Assembly (NCBI RefSeq): GCF_036321535.1
Contig: NC_087436.1
Span: 13,516,001-13,580,000, forward strand
Source: Camelus dromedarius
Taxonomy: Eukaryota
DNA: 64,000 nt
Direction: 5' to 3'
Notes under the pieces: model-generated
What the model was told of the DNA's origin: nothing
What the model saw: the letters and a program-made list of their open reading frames with translations, nothing else
Database searches by the model: none
Program-made: the position numbers and the translations under genes
In this document: positions 43,192 through 62,208 of the stretch, in pieces
How the letters are laid out: each line of letters begins with the position of its first letter
Numbering within the stretch: position 1 is the stretch's first letter

Positions 43192-43360
43192 TAATCGATA
43201 TTGTAAAAACTTTGTATAGTGATAGGTGGTGACTAGACTCATAGTGGTGATAATTTCTTAATTTATAAAAATCTCAAATCACTATATTGTACACCTGAAA
43301 CTAATATAATATTATAAGTCAACTACACTCCAATTAAAAATTTTGATAAATAAATAAAAT
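43192..43360 (+). mobile_element. L1 3' terminal fragment
   Basis: tgtacacctgaaactaatataatattataagtcaactacactccaattaaaaa. Confidence 0.8.
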
Positions 43361-44467
43361 AACACTGAAACATTGCACCAGTAATACCAAAGGGCTTAAG
43401 TATTTGGTGCAATGCCTCCAACAGGGAGGAGGTCAGGGAAGGTGAGAGAGTTGGGGACAGGGCTCCAGGGGTCAGAGGTGAAAGGGTAGAGCCAAGTCTC
43501 TGGAGGGAAACTCTGAATGAAGTTTGGCCTGAAATGCAGGAGAGAGGGTTCAAGAGGATGGGGAGGGGAAGGGCTGAGGACTAACAGGGCCTCCTGCCAT
43601 ATTCACCCCTGTGTGCAACATCTCAGCACCCCGTTATCTTCTCTGGGTACCAAGGAGGGCCCTCCAGCCCCACTGCTTCTTGTTCCAGTGGGTGGAGCCC
43701 TGATAGCCTCTTCCCACATTCTCTCAGGCATGGAGCATCCCCGTGGCCCTTTCTGCAGTTTGGCTAAGGGCTTTTACTCCCTGGAGCGAGGGAAACAAAC
43801 ACAATGCATGGCTCCTTCTAGATCATCTCCACTCTTGCCCTCCGTCCCCAGTCGTCTCACTTCTCCAGTTGGACCTTGTGGGAAGAGGGGAAGCCTTAGG
43901 GGTCGTCATGGCGAGTGTGGGACTCACAAAGGACCCGTCCACGGAGCAGAAAAGACAAGTCTGAAGCTCTCTTGTTCCAGGGCTGGGGGAGGGGCTGTTC
44001 GAGTGGAGAGCTGGTGGTGGAGGGGTGATGAGCGCTGCCCTGGGGCTGGGAGCAGCAGGAGGAGGAGGGAAGAGAAACGCCCGGAGGAGAAGGTCTCCCT
44101 TCTTGACTTCCATCTTTTGCTTGCCTCCAGGGTGCTCCTACCAAAACCACTCTAAGCGAACCTGAGGGCCAAGTGAGAAAAGGAGGAGAGGAAAGTAGGC
44201 GGGGCCCCATAGAGACTAACCATTCCTGAAGGCAGTTTTTACATGAGGAATGTAAATAAATCACAATGAATTGACACGTGCATGTGCATAGAATCCTGTG
44301 TGCATGACAGTACTATTTATACATTGCTTGTTCATAGTAAACTCAGACTCTAGATTATTATTAAGTTCAGCTGATACAATATACTCAGGTTCTTATATGG
44401 CGTAAGTAGAATTTTAGAAACTAAAAACTGACATAACAGTGTTTGAAAAAGATAAAGTATTTTCTAA

Positions 44468-44617
<150 letters not shown>

Positions 44618-45068
44618 TAAGTGTTTCCAATGAAGACATTAATATCTCCAAGCACTTGCTCGTCACATTCACCTGGGCCACTTCTCTGTATCTGGAAGCT
44701 GCATTTGGCCCCATAACTTTCCATGCACACATTGTTTATAGTACTGTCATTGTTATAGTAGATGTCATTGGGGGAAACCAGTAGAAAAGGAAGAGAAAAC
44801 CCACAGATTAAAAATTGTTCCAAAAATTATAAGCTTTAAAGAGAATCTACAAATTCAAAAGATTACCATTAAAAGCAGGCCTACATTTGTGATAGAGTAA
44901 TTCTTACTGAACTACAAATTTCCCTTCCACAAAATTCTGAAATGTCATTTCTTTCTATATAGCTTCTTCCTATATTCTGGGAAGATAATTTAAGACAGAC
45001 CACACAGCTGTGGAAAGCAGCTCAAATGAAAGTTCCCCAGAATCTCTTTCACATTAAAACGTCTAGAA

Positions 45069-45318
45069 TGGGATATGTTTGGGAGTTCAAGATTTACAAA
45101 TATTAACTACTATATATAAAAATAGATAAAAAAAATTTCTTCTGTATTACACAAGGAACTATATTCAATATCTTGTAATAACCTTAAATGAAAAGAACAT
45201 GAAAATGAATAGGTGAATATATATGTGTGACTGGGACATTATGCTGTACACCAGAAACTGACACATTGTAACTGACTGTACTTCAATTTTAAAAAGCAAA
45301 CAAACAAAAACAAAAAAC
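45069..45318 (+). mobile_element. L1 3' end fragment
   Basis: L1 3' UTR motif, A tail, TSD aaaac(g/c)tctagaa. Confidence 0.85.
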
Positions 45319-45319
45319 C

Positions 45320-45600
45320 TCTAGAACAATGTTATCCAATACAGTATCCACTAGTTTATGTAACTACTGAGCACTTAGAATATGAAATAAGAGATGTTAT
45401 AAGTCTAAAATACACATTGGATTTGAAAGACAGTATATGAAAATAATTTTTATATCACCTACATGTTGAGATAATAGTACTCTGGATGTATCGGTGAAAT
45501 TATTTTATCCCTTTCTTTTTACCTTTTTAATGTGGTTACAAGAAATTTTTTCATTTTCTCTTTATGTCTAATCTATATTCATTGGACAGCACTGCTCTAG
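45320..45600. mobile_element. MER3/MER33-like hAT element
   Basis: Ends caatgttatccaata and ttggacagcactg form imperfect inverted termini. Confidence 0.65.
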
Positions 45601-46270
45601 AATTTTCTTTCTGGTATCCAGGAAATCCCTTTTGCTGAGGGCAGTTAGAAAAGGAGGAAACTGCGTACTTAGAAATTGAAAGAGAAGTGAAATAGTAGAG
45701 CGAGAAAGTCTGGGTAGAAATAAGGGAAACCAAGATAATTGTATCTATGACTCAGAACCGAGCTCCCGTCAGGAAGAGTGTTGCTGAGATGCGCTGTGGT
45801 GGGGTTCCTGCAGGGAAGGACCGAGGCTGTGTAATCGACCTACATTCTGGAGAGAGAATTTAAGACAGGCACACAGCTGTGGAAAGCAGCTCAAATGAAA
45901 ATTCCCCAGAATCTTTTTCACATCAAAGTTACTCTAAATCTCTGGGACTTTAATAGAAATTGAAAGGCAGAAGTTGGCAGCCCTTAACTCATAAAATAAA
46001 AAAGACAATTGGAGAATCAGCCCTGGGGGAAAGGGCTCTTCCTTCATCAACACAGCGACCTGATTTTATTGCATGCAACTTTCAGAGAAGGAGCTCATAC
46101 CATTTTCTTGCAGGAGAAGCATAGAAAACAATTGTACAAATCTATTATTACTAACGCTATAGAAAGACACTGATTTATTTTTTCAGTATACTGTATTTTA
46201 ATGAATGTAAAATATTAAGGACTTCTGTGAAATTACTTGGGACTATTGTTGCTCCAAGATTATTATCTTT

Positions 46271-46446
46271 TTTTTCTTTGTTTTTTGAACATTTTATTTT
46301 GAGTTATAGTCATTTTACAATGTTGTGTCAAATTCCAGTGTAGAGCACAATTTTTCAGTTATACATGAACATATATATATTCATTGTCATATTTTTTTTT
46401 CGCTGTGAGCTACCACAAGATCTTGTATATATTTCCCTGTGCTATA
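46271..46446 (-). mobile_element. L1 3' end fragment
   Basis: Reverse L1 3' UTR with poly-T; TSD tattatcttt. Confidence 0.8.
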
Positions 46447-46482
46447 TTATCTTTTAATATATGCCCCCATTTTAAGATCCTT

Positions 46483-46660
46483 GGGGGGAGGGTATAGCCC
46501 AGTGGTAGAGCTCACATTTAGCAAGCACAAGGTCCTGGGTTCAATCCCCAGTACCTCCATCAACAAGCAAATAAATAAATAAACCTAATTACCTATCCCC
46601 CCCCACCAAAAAAAGTAAATAATAATAAGAAGAAAAAATTACAACTTAAAACAAAAAACC
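46483..46660 (+). mobile_element. tRNA-derived SINE
   Basis: tRNA-like head, aaacctaattacct motif, A-rich tail. Confidence 0.87.
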
Positions 46661-47639
46661 TTAACCTCATTTTCCTATAGTGAGTCATACCAAGAACCTA
46701 ACCCTTCAGATGGGAAGCAACTGTTTTTTTCACTAGTTGTTGAGCATAATTGTATTGATTCCTTTCTGCAGAATCACAAATTCATTGCTACACTTTTTAT
46801 CAATTAGATTATAAATACATGTTCCCAGGGATGTGAGGGAAGGTCATCTTCATTACTCTGCACTGTCCCAACTCTCAAACCCTGAAGGGATGAAGCCACC
46901 CGCTGTGTTGGAATTCCCAGTTCATGTCACCAAAACACCTCTGCCCTCTCGGTCTACAAAGCCTCTGCCTTTACCATTTCCTCCTCAAATTAACAGAGCA
47001 CAGAAACAACCTGGAAAAGCTTCCAGAGACAGACTCCCCAACTGCTCTCCACTCCCTTCCCGACTCAGTCAGATCCAGCTACTTCTGCTCTAGTTTTTGA
47101 GACTGTTTATAGAGATAGCAAACCAAAAGTGCCATGATGAAGAGCCAGATGTTGTACATCAGAAATTGACACATTGTAACTGGCTATACTTCAATTAAAA
47201 AAAAAAAAGGCAGATGTTAAATTAGAAGCTAATCATTAACTTTTAAAGAAATATTTATCTTTAAAAAAGAAAGAGAGAGTTAGCATAGAGAATCCTAGTG
47301 TATTTGAAATACGATCCAACTTGCAAAAAATTTTTTTTGATTAACACACAGCAATTACAGCATAGTAGCAATGGGCCTCAAAGTTTGAGCTGCAGTCCTA
47401 CTTTTGTTTTGCACCAGTCATCACGATGAGCAAATCAATTTTTTCTAAGGCTCCATTTTCTCAAGGGTAAAGTGGGGACAATGCAATCTGTCTCAAATAT
47501 TTTCAGTAAGATAAAGTATTTGAAAATATTCTATAAAATCTAAGCTTGAAAGCAGGGATTCTCAGCCCTAGCTGCTGTCCAGACCTCACCCCAGGCCACT
47601 TAAAGTCCCTCTAATTTAAACAAAATGTAATTTAAAAAT

Positions 47640-48345
47640 AAAAACAGTATGGAACTTTCTTTAAAAACTGAAAATAGACTTACCCTATGATCCAGCATTC
47701 TCACTCCTGGGCATGTATCCAGAGGAAACTCTAATTCAAAAAGATACATGCACCCCAATGCTCATAGTGGCATTATTTACAATAACCAAGACATGGAAAC
47801 AACCTAAATGTACATCAATAGATGACTGGATAAAGAAATTGTGGTGTATGTATACAATGGAAAACTACTCAGCCATAAAAAAGAATAAAGTAATGCCATT
47901 TGCAGCAACATGGATGGACTTGGAGATCGTCATACTAGGTGAAGTAAGCCAGAAAGAGCAAGACAAAGAGATCACTTATATGTGGAATCTAAAATATGAT
48001 ACAAATGAACTTATTTACAAAACAGAAACAGACTCACAGACATAGAAAACAAGTTTATGGTTACCGGGAGGAAGGAGGGGTGGAGGGATAAATTGGGAGC
48101 TCGGCATTAGCAGATACAAACTACTATATATAAAATAGATAAACAACTAGGTCCTACTGTATAGTACAGGGAACTATATTCAAAATCATGTAACAATCTA
48201 CAATGGAAAAAGAATATGAGAAGGAATATATATATGTATCACTGAATCACTATGCTGTACACCAGAAATTAGCATAACATCGCAAACCAACTATACTCCA
48301 ATAAAAATTAATTAATTAATTATAAAAAGAAAAGGAAAAAAAGAG
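47640..48345 (+). mobile_element. L1 ORF2 C-terminus + 3' UTR
   Basis: CTPM.IVALFTI.KTWKQPKC and FAATWMDLE peptides; A tail. Confidence 0.9.
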
Positions 48346-48437
48346 CCCCAGAAGGTGGGCTCATGTATCAGTAGATGTGTGAGTCTCCACAGGTGACGCT
48401 AATCTATAGTTAGGACTGAGAACCATTGCACTATTAA

Positions 48438-48622
48438 AGAGGGTCTTAATGTTAGCTGCCCACTGGGACCACCTGGCATCTGGAAAGCCTCCAAAAATAT
48501 TGCTGCATGGGCCCCACCCCCAGAAAGCCTGATGCAATTGGCCCGGCTCACAGCCTGGAGATGAAAAACCTTTGACAAGCTGCCCAGGTTTTTCCACGTG
48601 CAGCCAAGCTTGAGAACCGCTG
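48438..48622. mobile_element. MER5A1-like hAT element
   Basis: ggccccacccccaga and gcagccaagcttgagaaccgctg. Confidence 0.65.
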
Positions 48623-48713
48623 GAGAGAGTCGACTTGTCTCAGCACTGGGGCCCTAAGGAGCCTGTAAACACTCTCTCAAGAACTGCTTTGTCCACTTAG
48701 CACTGAATAGTAA

Positions 48714-49106
<393 letters not shown>

Positions 49107-49186
49107 TGATTCTCCCAGCCCAAATGCTCCCTGGTTCTCCTGGCATCAAAACTATCTTAACTAATTCATTGAAAAATGAATTTCTT

Positions 49187-49337
49187 GGAAGGGAGGGTAT
49201 AGCTCAGTGGTAAAACGTGTGCATAGCATGCATGGAGTCCTGGGTTCAATTCCCAGTGCCTCCAGTAAACAAACAAACAAACAAACCTAATTATCTATCC
49301 TCCCAACTCCCTGAAAAAAAGAATAAGGCTATTTTTT
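49187..49337 (+). mobile_element. tRNA-derived SINE
   Basis: tRNA-like head; TSD aaat(g/a)aatttctt at 49174 and 49338. Confidence 0.87.
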
Positions 49338-50477
49338 AAATAAATTTCTTATTTACATAAAGTGGTTGAGAAAGAAGGGATCTTTTTAAATAAAATACAG
49401 TAATTATTTGGAAGTAACTACATCTAGCATACTCAAATTGCCCACATTTAAAGAACTCGTAAAATTCAACAATAAAAAAAAGCCCTTTATCTCTGTTGAT
49501 GCAAATAGAAGTCATATTTGATGCACATAAAATGCTTAAGAATCAACCAGTGCCTCAGGGTAATATTTATCATAAGATGAGTTATATAGCATTTGAAGAA
49601 GGAGAAGACTTAAAAAGTGTACTGAATATGTTCTGACTATATATTGTTCCCTGGAATTAAAAAAAAAATCCCTAATAGTTTTTCTTTTAACTCTCTTTAA
49701 ATTAAAACTCAGGATGGACGTCCTTTCTGGTTAGATGGATTCCAGATTCAGGTATTAGGAGTACCCATCTGTGTCTGACACATGCACATCTCTTAAAAAC
49801 TTACATACCAAGGGCTTGGGGGATGGCCCAGTGGCTTCAGGAATTCCACACCTCTGCCCTCTACCAGTCTCTTGGTACACAGCCAGTGTGAAACGGGAAA
49901 CCCAATGTGAATAAATAACAAGAGCAGAGTGAACTTCTGGACTGTTCTCTCTCTCCATTTACGGGGCAGGACTGAGTTAACATAACCTTGACCTCATCCC
50001 CTCCCCTCCCCTTTCCCATCTCTGTAGGCACCATCTTACTCTTTCCCTAGAGCCTGAAACCCAGATCCTGTGGTGAGATGCTGGGACCCTTTACCATATG
50101 TCATCTCTGGGACAGCTGCCTTTTTCAATAAGGTTTAAGGTGAGCACAGGAGGGAGAATATTTATTCCCAGTTCCTCCAACAAAAACCAGAGCCATCCCC
50201 CCTTGAGAATACTCCCAAAGCCTCTTGTGCTTGTTTATGGACAGGAGAGGGAGAGAAGAGTTGCATGCCCTCTGTTCTCCGGTGAACCAGGAAGAAGAGA
50301 TTCAACCTAGCAAGACAACCAAGGCTTTAAGCACCACTTTTCTGGAGATTTCTCACCTGATCCCACCCCACCAGTCTTCAACATCTTATCAGCTCCTGTC
50401 ATCCTTATTCCAACCACCAAATATATAAACCCACTGCCTCAAGCCATTGGCACAGCCACCAGTGACTTGAACTGATG

Positions 50478-50509
50478 GGTGTATGTGTGTGTGTGTGTGC
50501 GTGTGTGCG
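50478..50509. repeat. Interrupted (TG)n microsatellite
   Basis: Read directly. Confidence 0.85.
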
Positions 50510-50655
50510 CACTGGTGCATGTGCTTGTGACAGAGGTAAAGAGGAAGCAAAGGGGGAGCAATTCCATTCTCGTGCCAGTTCCTGAGCCCCAAACTAATTA
50601 AGTCAGACTCTGGGAGTGGAGCCAATGCATCTGCTTTGTTTTAAAAGCTCCCTAG

Positions 50656-52640
50656 GAAAAGGAATGAGCTCTTAAGCCATGCAAAAACATGGATGAATCG
50701 TAAATATATATATTGCTAAGTGAAAGAAGCCAGTCTGAAAAAGCCACATGCTATGTGATTCCAATTATATGACAACCTGAAAAAGGTGCAGCTATGGAGA
50801 TGCTAAAGAGATCAGTGGTTGCCAGGGGGTTAGGGAGGGAACAGGGTTGAACTGGTGAAGCACAGACACTTTTTTAGGGTGGTGAAATTATTCTGTATAT
50901 GATGTTCTAATGGTGACTACATGACACTATGCATTTGTCAAAATCAATAGTAATTTATAGCAGAAAGGATAAACTTTAATGTATGCAAATCTAAAAGAAA
51001 TCATTTAAGATGTTAGGGAATGCCAGCATACAATGTAGACTGACAGAAGAGTCTAATTGTATTACAAATGTATGAAATAGCCTCACTGAAGGGGGTGGGG
51101 AAAAAGTGCTGACCTAAGTAACTTTGAAATAAGTGGAGATGTAAGATTAAAAGCAAAAGGAACTGTATATAAGCACTGAACTCTAGTTCATAAATGGTTT
51201 CCCTCAGGGCTGTGGTTAACAATTCTGATACCACTATACATGCATTCTGGAACTGGACTACTAAGTAAATGGAAGACTCATGGTGGAAACAATGTTTCTT
51301 ATTCTCAGAAGGTTGCAGACAAGCAAGGAGAGAAGGCTGGAATGGTCTGTGTAGTAATGCATAAGAGCTGAAGACGTCAGTCTGAACTCACATTTAGCTT
51401 AATATAGATTATATGTATCTCAGTGTAGATGATACATATATAAACGTGTATACACATGGGATAGTGTACACAGACATATTTCCATGTTCTGTCAGGTAAG
51501 AGGGTTTAGAAACAGCGACACCTCAGTAGCAATGAGCACACCAAGTGCCCATATCTTGGTTTCTAACACCTTTCTACAATAAAAGAAAGCAGGGTTCCTT
51601 GGAAAATGGCTGATTCTAGGTCTTAGCAGGGAATATACAGTATGAGTCTGGAATATCTTGTAGTGCCGGAAAGTAAGGAAGTGCTAAAAAAAAAAAAAAT
51701 CCACACATAAGAGAAAGCCCACAGTGATGGGTGTATGTCAAAGAGACACAGAAGCCAACTGAAAGAGACCCCAATGGCTGAAGCTGAAACAATCTGAGCA
51801 ACAAAATAGTAGTGGTAAGAGTAGTAGTAATAGTATTTGGTTATAACTCGAAATATAAAATAAATATCCATGAGTCCATAGTGACATAAATAAATGATTG
51901 AATAGATAGATACATGAATAAACAGAGGAGAATAGGCAGATTTCCTATGCAGAAGAATTCCACATAATTTATGTAGATATTCCACCCCTGAGAAAGTTTT
52001 ATGGAGCATAGCCCATAACTCCCCACTCCTTAAGAGTGGGCTGCTCATGGTGTTGGTGATTTCCTTCCAAAGAGTACAGTGTAGAAAGGAGGAAAAGAAC
52101 AGGTAGCTTTATAGTGGAGAAACTTGACAAACGCTACCTCCAGCTGGGCGATCAAGAGCCACATTGTCAGTGATGTCGTGGTGATGACACGTACCTTGCT
52201 ACGGTGCGGTCAGAATGGCCCTTAACCCCTGTTATCTTCCTCCCTAAACCCCAGTGTAATCAACAGAAGAAAAAAAAAAAAAAAAAAACCTCCGCTAAAT
52301 TCCAATGGAGGGACACTCTACAAAGTATCCCCCAAACTGTCAAAGTCATAGGAATAGAGCAAAGTCTAAGAAACTGCCAGAGGCAAAAAGAGCCCAAGGA
52401 AACATGACAACTAAATGGATGGGATTCTGGGAACAAAATAAGGACATTAGGGAAACACCAAGTAATCCGAATAAGGTATAGACTTCATTTCGTAATGATG
52501 TATCAATGGTGGCTCATTATTTGTGACAAATTTATGATACTAATGAAGGCGCTAATTAGAGGAGAAAGTTGGTTTGGGAATTCTGTGCTACCTTTGTATC
52601 TTTTCTGTAAGTCTAAAACAACTATAAAATCAACATTTAA
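50656..52640 (+). mobile_element. Old L1 (L1MC/MD-like) long 3' UTR inserted in a MER5-like element
   Basis: ctaagtgaaagaagccagtc and tcagtggttgccagggg motifs; MER5-like halves at about 50570-50655 and 52650-52697. Confidence 0.75.
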
Positions 52641-53232
52641 TTTTTTTAAAAGAGCTTCTTAGACATTCTAATGAGCTGCCAGTGTTGAGAATCACTCCTT
52701 ATCCACAACACTGGGGCGAGGTAGATCCCAAGTTAGAATTCTAAATGCATTTCCTTCTAATGAGATTAATCTGTGTGCTCCCTATAATCCCATGGGATTA
52801 TATTTAAATTAATTAAAAATTTAATTATATTAAAATTAGCTAAAAAAATGCGTAGATGGCTGTGAGTCTGTTTTGTACACTAGAAACTGACACACTGTAA
52901 CTGACTATACTTCAATTAAAAAACAATTTACAGAGACGCCTGGATTTACTCCAGATCTGTGCATCAGAGATTCCAGGCAAATAAAGGGAAGAGTCTGGGC
53001 AAGCCCGAAAAGCTTCCTATGTGATTCTGAACTACAGCCCTGGTACTAACTGCTCCTTTTGAAGGATTCCTCAGTGGACCTTGACTGGATGTTATCATTA
53101 GCAATGTGCTTTGGGTCCATTTGCGGTTCAGTGAGGTTTTGCTTGGAAACCTTTGCCCCCTGTAGCATTATTCTTATGGGAAAAAGTGTTTTAAGGTCTA
53201 AAGCAACAAAAAAGTGGTAAAGACTCTATGTC

Positions 53233-53646
53233 CCAGAAAGAGAAAAAAAATACCACATAATATCACTCATATGTGGAATCTAAAAAAAAGACACAAATGA
53301 ATTTATTTACAAAACAGAAACAGACTCACAGACATAGAAAACAAACTTATGGTTATGGTGGGGGAGAGGGTGGAAAGTGATAAACTGGGAGTTTGAGATT
53401 TGCAGATACTAACCACTATATATAAAATAGATACACAACAAGTTTCTTCTGTAGAGCACAGGGAACTATATTCAATATCTTGTAGTAACCTATAATGAAA
53501 AAGTATGAAAACATACATATGAAACGAATATGAAAACAAATGTATGTATGTGTATGTATAACTGAAACATTATACTGTACACCAGAAACTGACATAACAT
53601 TATAAATTGACTATACTTCAATTTTTTAAAAAAGTAAAAAAAAAAA
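53233..53646 (+). mobile_element. L1 3' UTR ending about 95 nt upstream of exon 7
   Basis: agccagaaagagaaa-like start through gactatacttcaat + A tail. Confidence 0.88.
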
Positions 53647-53719
53647 TACTGTGTCCAAAAGCCTGGCGGTGGCTTCCCTGTGTTCGGAGAATAGCGTGCA
53701 CGCTCCTTTCCCATGGTGA

Positions 53720-59088
<5,369 letters not shown>

Positions 59089-59212
59089 CACAGACGACTT
59101 ACCCCAGAAGCAACGTCTCGCATGTTGAGATATTTTCAAACCCTTGATCATATATTTCATATTGATACTCTTTTTTTAATTTTCGAGATGATCCCATGAA
59201 CTTAGAGAACGG

Positions 59213-59289
59213 AATAAAACTTGGCCATCTGTTTTCCATCTTGTGGAAAGAATCTTCAAAGAAGCTGATCAATGGAATAAACAAATAAA
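59213..59289 (+). terminator. Candidate RNF175 polyadenylation signals (three AATAAA)
   Basis: AATAAA at 59213, 59276 and 59284, 125-200 nt after the stop codon. Confidence 0.6.
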
Positions 59290-59779
59290 ACGTGCTTTGC
59301 ACCTTTCCCATTATGATCGTTTTCTAATGCACGCATGTGACACATTTGGTACAACTCACCATGGGACATCCTCCAGTTTGGCTTATAACGATCTCACCTG
59401 TCATGTGTTTCAGAGGTTTGCAAAGTACTTCTCAGATACAACATTCAGGAATAACAAAAACCTGCTTACCAGTTCCACATCTTCAAAAAAGCAGGCAGAG
59501 TTGTTAAGTGCTCGATGGTTTAAGGATACGGTCTTCTGTCCTTGGTACTTGTTACCACGTGGCAGCTTTGACACCACTGAGACCTTCTGTATCGTCCTCT
59601 AGTTACTGGTTACTCCGAAACCTCTAGCACTAGTGCCACAGCCCACTCCATGGACCAGATCTACGCTGGCTTTCCTGGGGCTGCCAGATGCACTCAGGCC
59701 ACCCCAGGGCTGCACTAAAGGGGAAGAATCACTCTTTTTTTGAGCACCCTGTTTACACACACACACACGCACACACAAC

Positions 59780-59990
59780 CATTCCATTGCCATATGCTGC
59801 TTGTATTTTCTTCATAACATTTATCAATACCTGAAATCATATCAGAGATTCATTTGTTTATTGTTTGGCTTCCCCTCCATGAAGACAGAGAATTTGATCG
59901 GTTTTGTTCCCTACTATCTCTCCAGCACTTGGAGCAGCCCCTGGCACACAACAGGCACTCGACAAATACTTGCTGAACTAAGTGAATTAA
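59780..59990 (+). mobile_element. L2 3' end
   Basis: cctggcacacaacaggcactcgacaaatacttgctgaa. Confidence 0.65.
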
Positions 59991-61611
59991 TCCAGCAAGA
60001 AAGAAAAAAAAATTAATGGAATTGCGAAGACCAGTCAGAACGAAGTCACCCAAGAACAATATGTTAAACTCCCCCAAATTAATTTGTTTTCAGTGACTGG
60101 TCATTTGCTAAGCAGTTAACACAGTATACATAACACCAGACATCTCCTTTCCCATCCTTGAAGGTGTTACACTTGTATGAAGTAGAAAGGAAACACACCC
60201 ATTGTCAAAAATATGGACAATGAACTTAATGCTGTACCACATTCCATCATAGTTGTAATGGTAACTCACGCTAAGCTTTCTAGCTGTTGATATTTTTCCT
60301 TCTTGAAACTGCTCAGGGCTTCAGTATCACAGCTGGCTCACCATCCAGATTATTAGAAGACTTAACTCTGGTTTATTTCTCTGCTCAGCAAACATTTCAA
60401 CAATTCAATATTTACTACGTACCAGGCATGGGCAAGGATTAAAAAAATACAACAATATTCTTGAACTTTGACAAGTCCCTGAGTCTATCCACAAATAAAA
60501 GACCTCCCAGTTGCATAAAGCGCCAACTAAAAATTAGTTTTTCCTCTGTAAAAGAAAGAGCCGTTAAATTGACCTCTGATGTCTTTGCCACTTACCTTTT
60601 CTGGACAGCTGCAGGAAGACCCTTTAGAACTCTGCGCAAGTAAACCAGTGTGTATTTGCATGGAATTCTGAGTGACCCTCCGAGTTCAGAAATGTTAGAT
60701 AATCACTAAACAATCTCAGAAAAAAAATAATAAAGATGCTATTTTCTTTACACTGTTTAGGCGTTTAAAAATTTAATCCCAGTTTTATGAAGTAATGTAT
60801 ATATACACTGAATACACTGAAAAAATTACGGAGAGCAAACAGTCCCTCGTTACCAGTGGTTCTCTCACAGTGAAGGGGTAAGAGCTGATTCTTATTTTCT
60901 TTAATATGCTCTTGTCTCCTTTCCAAAATTCCAGCCATAAGCACGTTTAACATTTGCAATGAGGAAAATAAAGATTACTTTTAAAATAGTGCGTTACATC
61001 TATCAATTAACCATGAAGCTGTTTCTATCGCTGTTTAAATTATTGAAAATTAAATCTGCGGATCAACTAAGTCCACATGAAATCTGTCTGGTGCTCATGA
61101 TGATTCGCATTGTGCCTCATGTAAGAAACAGAGAAGTAAAGCAAAAAGCCCATTGTGTGTTTGGTTTCTATGGCAACTCCTCCAGTTCCCTCCTCCTAAA
61201 CTTGCCCATTTCTTTCCTAGGCTGGCTGCTGCCTCCTCCATTAGACTCTCCCAGGAGTCTGTATGAGAGACAAGAAACACCACGTGAGTTTCCCAAGGAC
61301 TAAAGCCTTTTGTGCACTTCATGAACTTATTTCTTCAGGATAACTTTCTGCAGACAACAGAAAATACACCTTAGATCTCTGCTAGTACCCATAACAGAAA
61401 AACATTCACTTACAAACCATAATATTTAAGAAGGTGAATGACTTCTTGGAAAATAACAATAACAGGTGACATCTACCCACAGGCACCTCTGTCGCCCTGT
61501 GCAAGCTCCCGTGGCTCCCACTCTCCTGGGCGTGGCCCTCCTGTCACCTCAGCTTGAATGGCAACCAAAGGGCACATGATCTGGGCTTCACTGATGTTAC
61601 TGTATGTTCTG

Positions 61612-61792
61612 TATTTTTTTTTTTTATTGAAGTGTAGTCAGTTTACAATGTCGTGTCAATTTCTGGTGTACAGCACAATGCTTCAATCATACATAAATAT
61701 ACATACATTAATTTTCATATTCTTTTTCACATAAGCTACTGCAAGATAGCGGATATAGTTCCCTGTGCTATACTGTATAAACTTGTTTATCT
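61612..61792 (-). mobile_element. L1 3' end fragment abutting the SINE
   Basis: Same L1 3' UTR motif (tgtacaccagaaattgacac...ttcaataaa) on the minus strand with a poly-A tail. Confidence 0.85.
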
Positions 61793-61800
61793 AAAATTAA

Positions 61801-61925
61801 TTTTTTTGTGGGAGGAGCTAATTAGGTCTATTTATTTTATTTACTCTTAGAGGAGGTACCGGGGATTGAACCCAGGACCTCATGCATGCTAAGCACGCGC
61901 TCTACCACTGAGCTAGACCCTCCCT
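61801..61925 (-). mobile_element. tRNA-Ala(AGC)-derived SINE, least diverged copy
   Basis: Intact A box TAGCTCAGTGG and B box GGTTCAATCC; SINE linker and tail follow. Confidence 0.9.
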
Positions 61926-62208
61926 CCTTGGCGTTAACTGCATGTTGATAACTACATCACATCCTGTCATGTAGCTATTATTATCCCTGTCTTAAGGACA
62001 GGAAAATATTTGGGGTCAGATTGAGCTGCCCAAAGATACACATGTACTAACCCAGGTCTTTCTGACTCCAGAGCCCAATTAACCACACAGACCCAGTCCT
62101 GGCTGAGAGCTGAGCAAGGCCACTTCCTGTCATGTGTGGTTCCCAGCTTAAGAAGAGGGTTGCCCGAAATCCATAAATAACTCCCTGCTTTTCAATATAA
62201 TGCATTCG

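Larger units (their letters stand above)
44969..45927 (+). repeat. Pair of ~90-bp direct repeats (44969-45058 and 45839-45927)
   Basis: Shared core cacacagctgtggaaagcagctcaaatgaaa..ttccccagaatct. Confidence 0.9.

Noticed and set aside
43517..44155. 212-aa ORF in intron 4
   Set aside because: No recognisable domain or splice context; GC-rich chance ORF
61851..61922. Possible tRNA-Ala(AGC) gene, and the nine similar copies
   Set aside because: Broken acceptor stem, SINE linker, A-rich tail and TSDs identify them as SINEs
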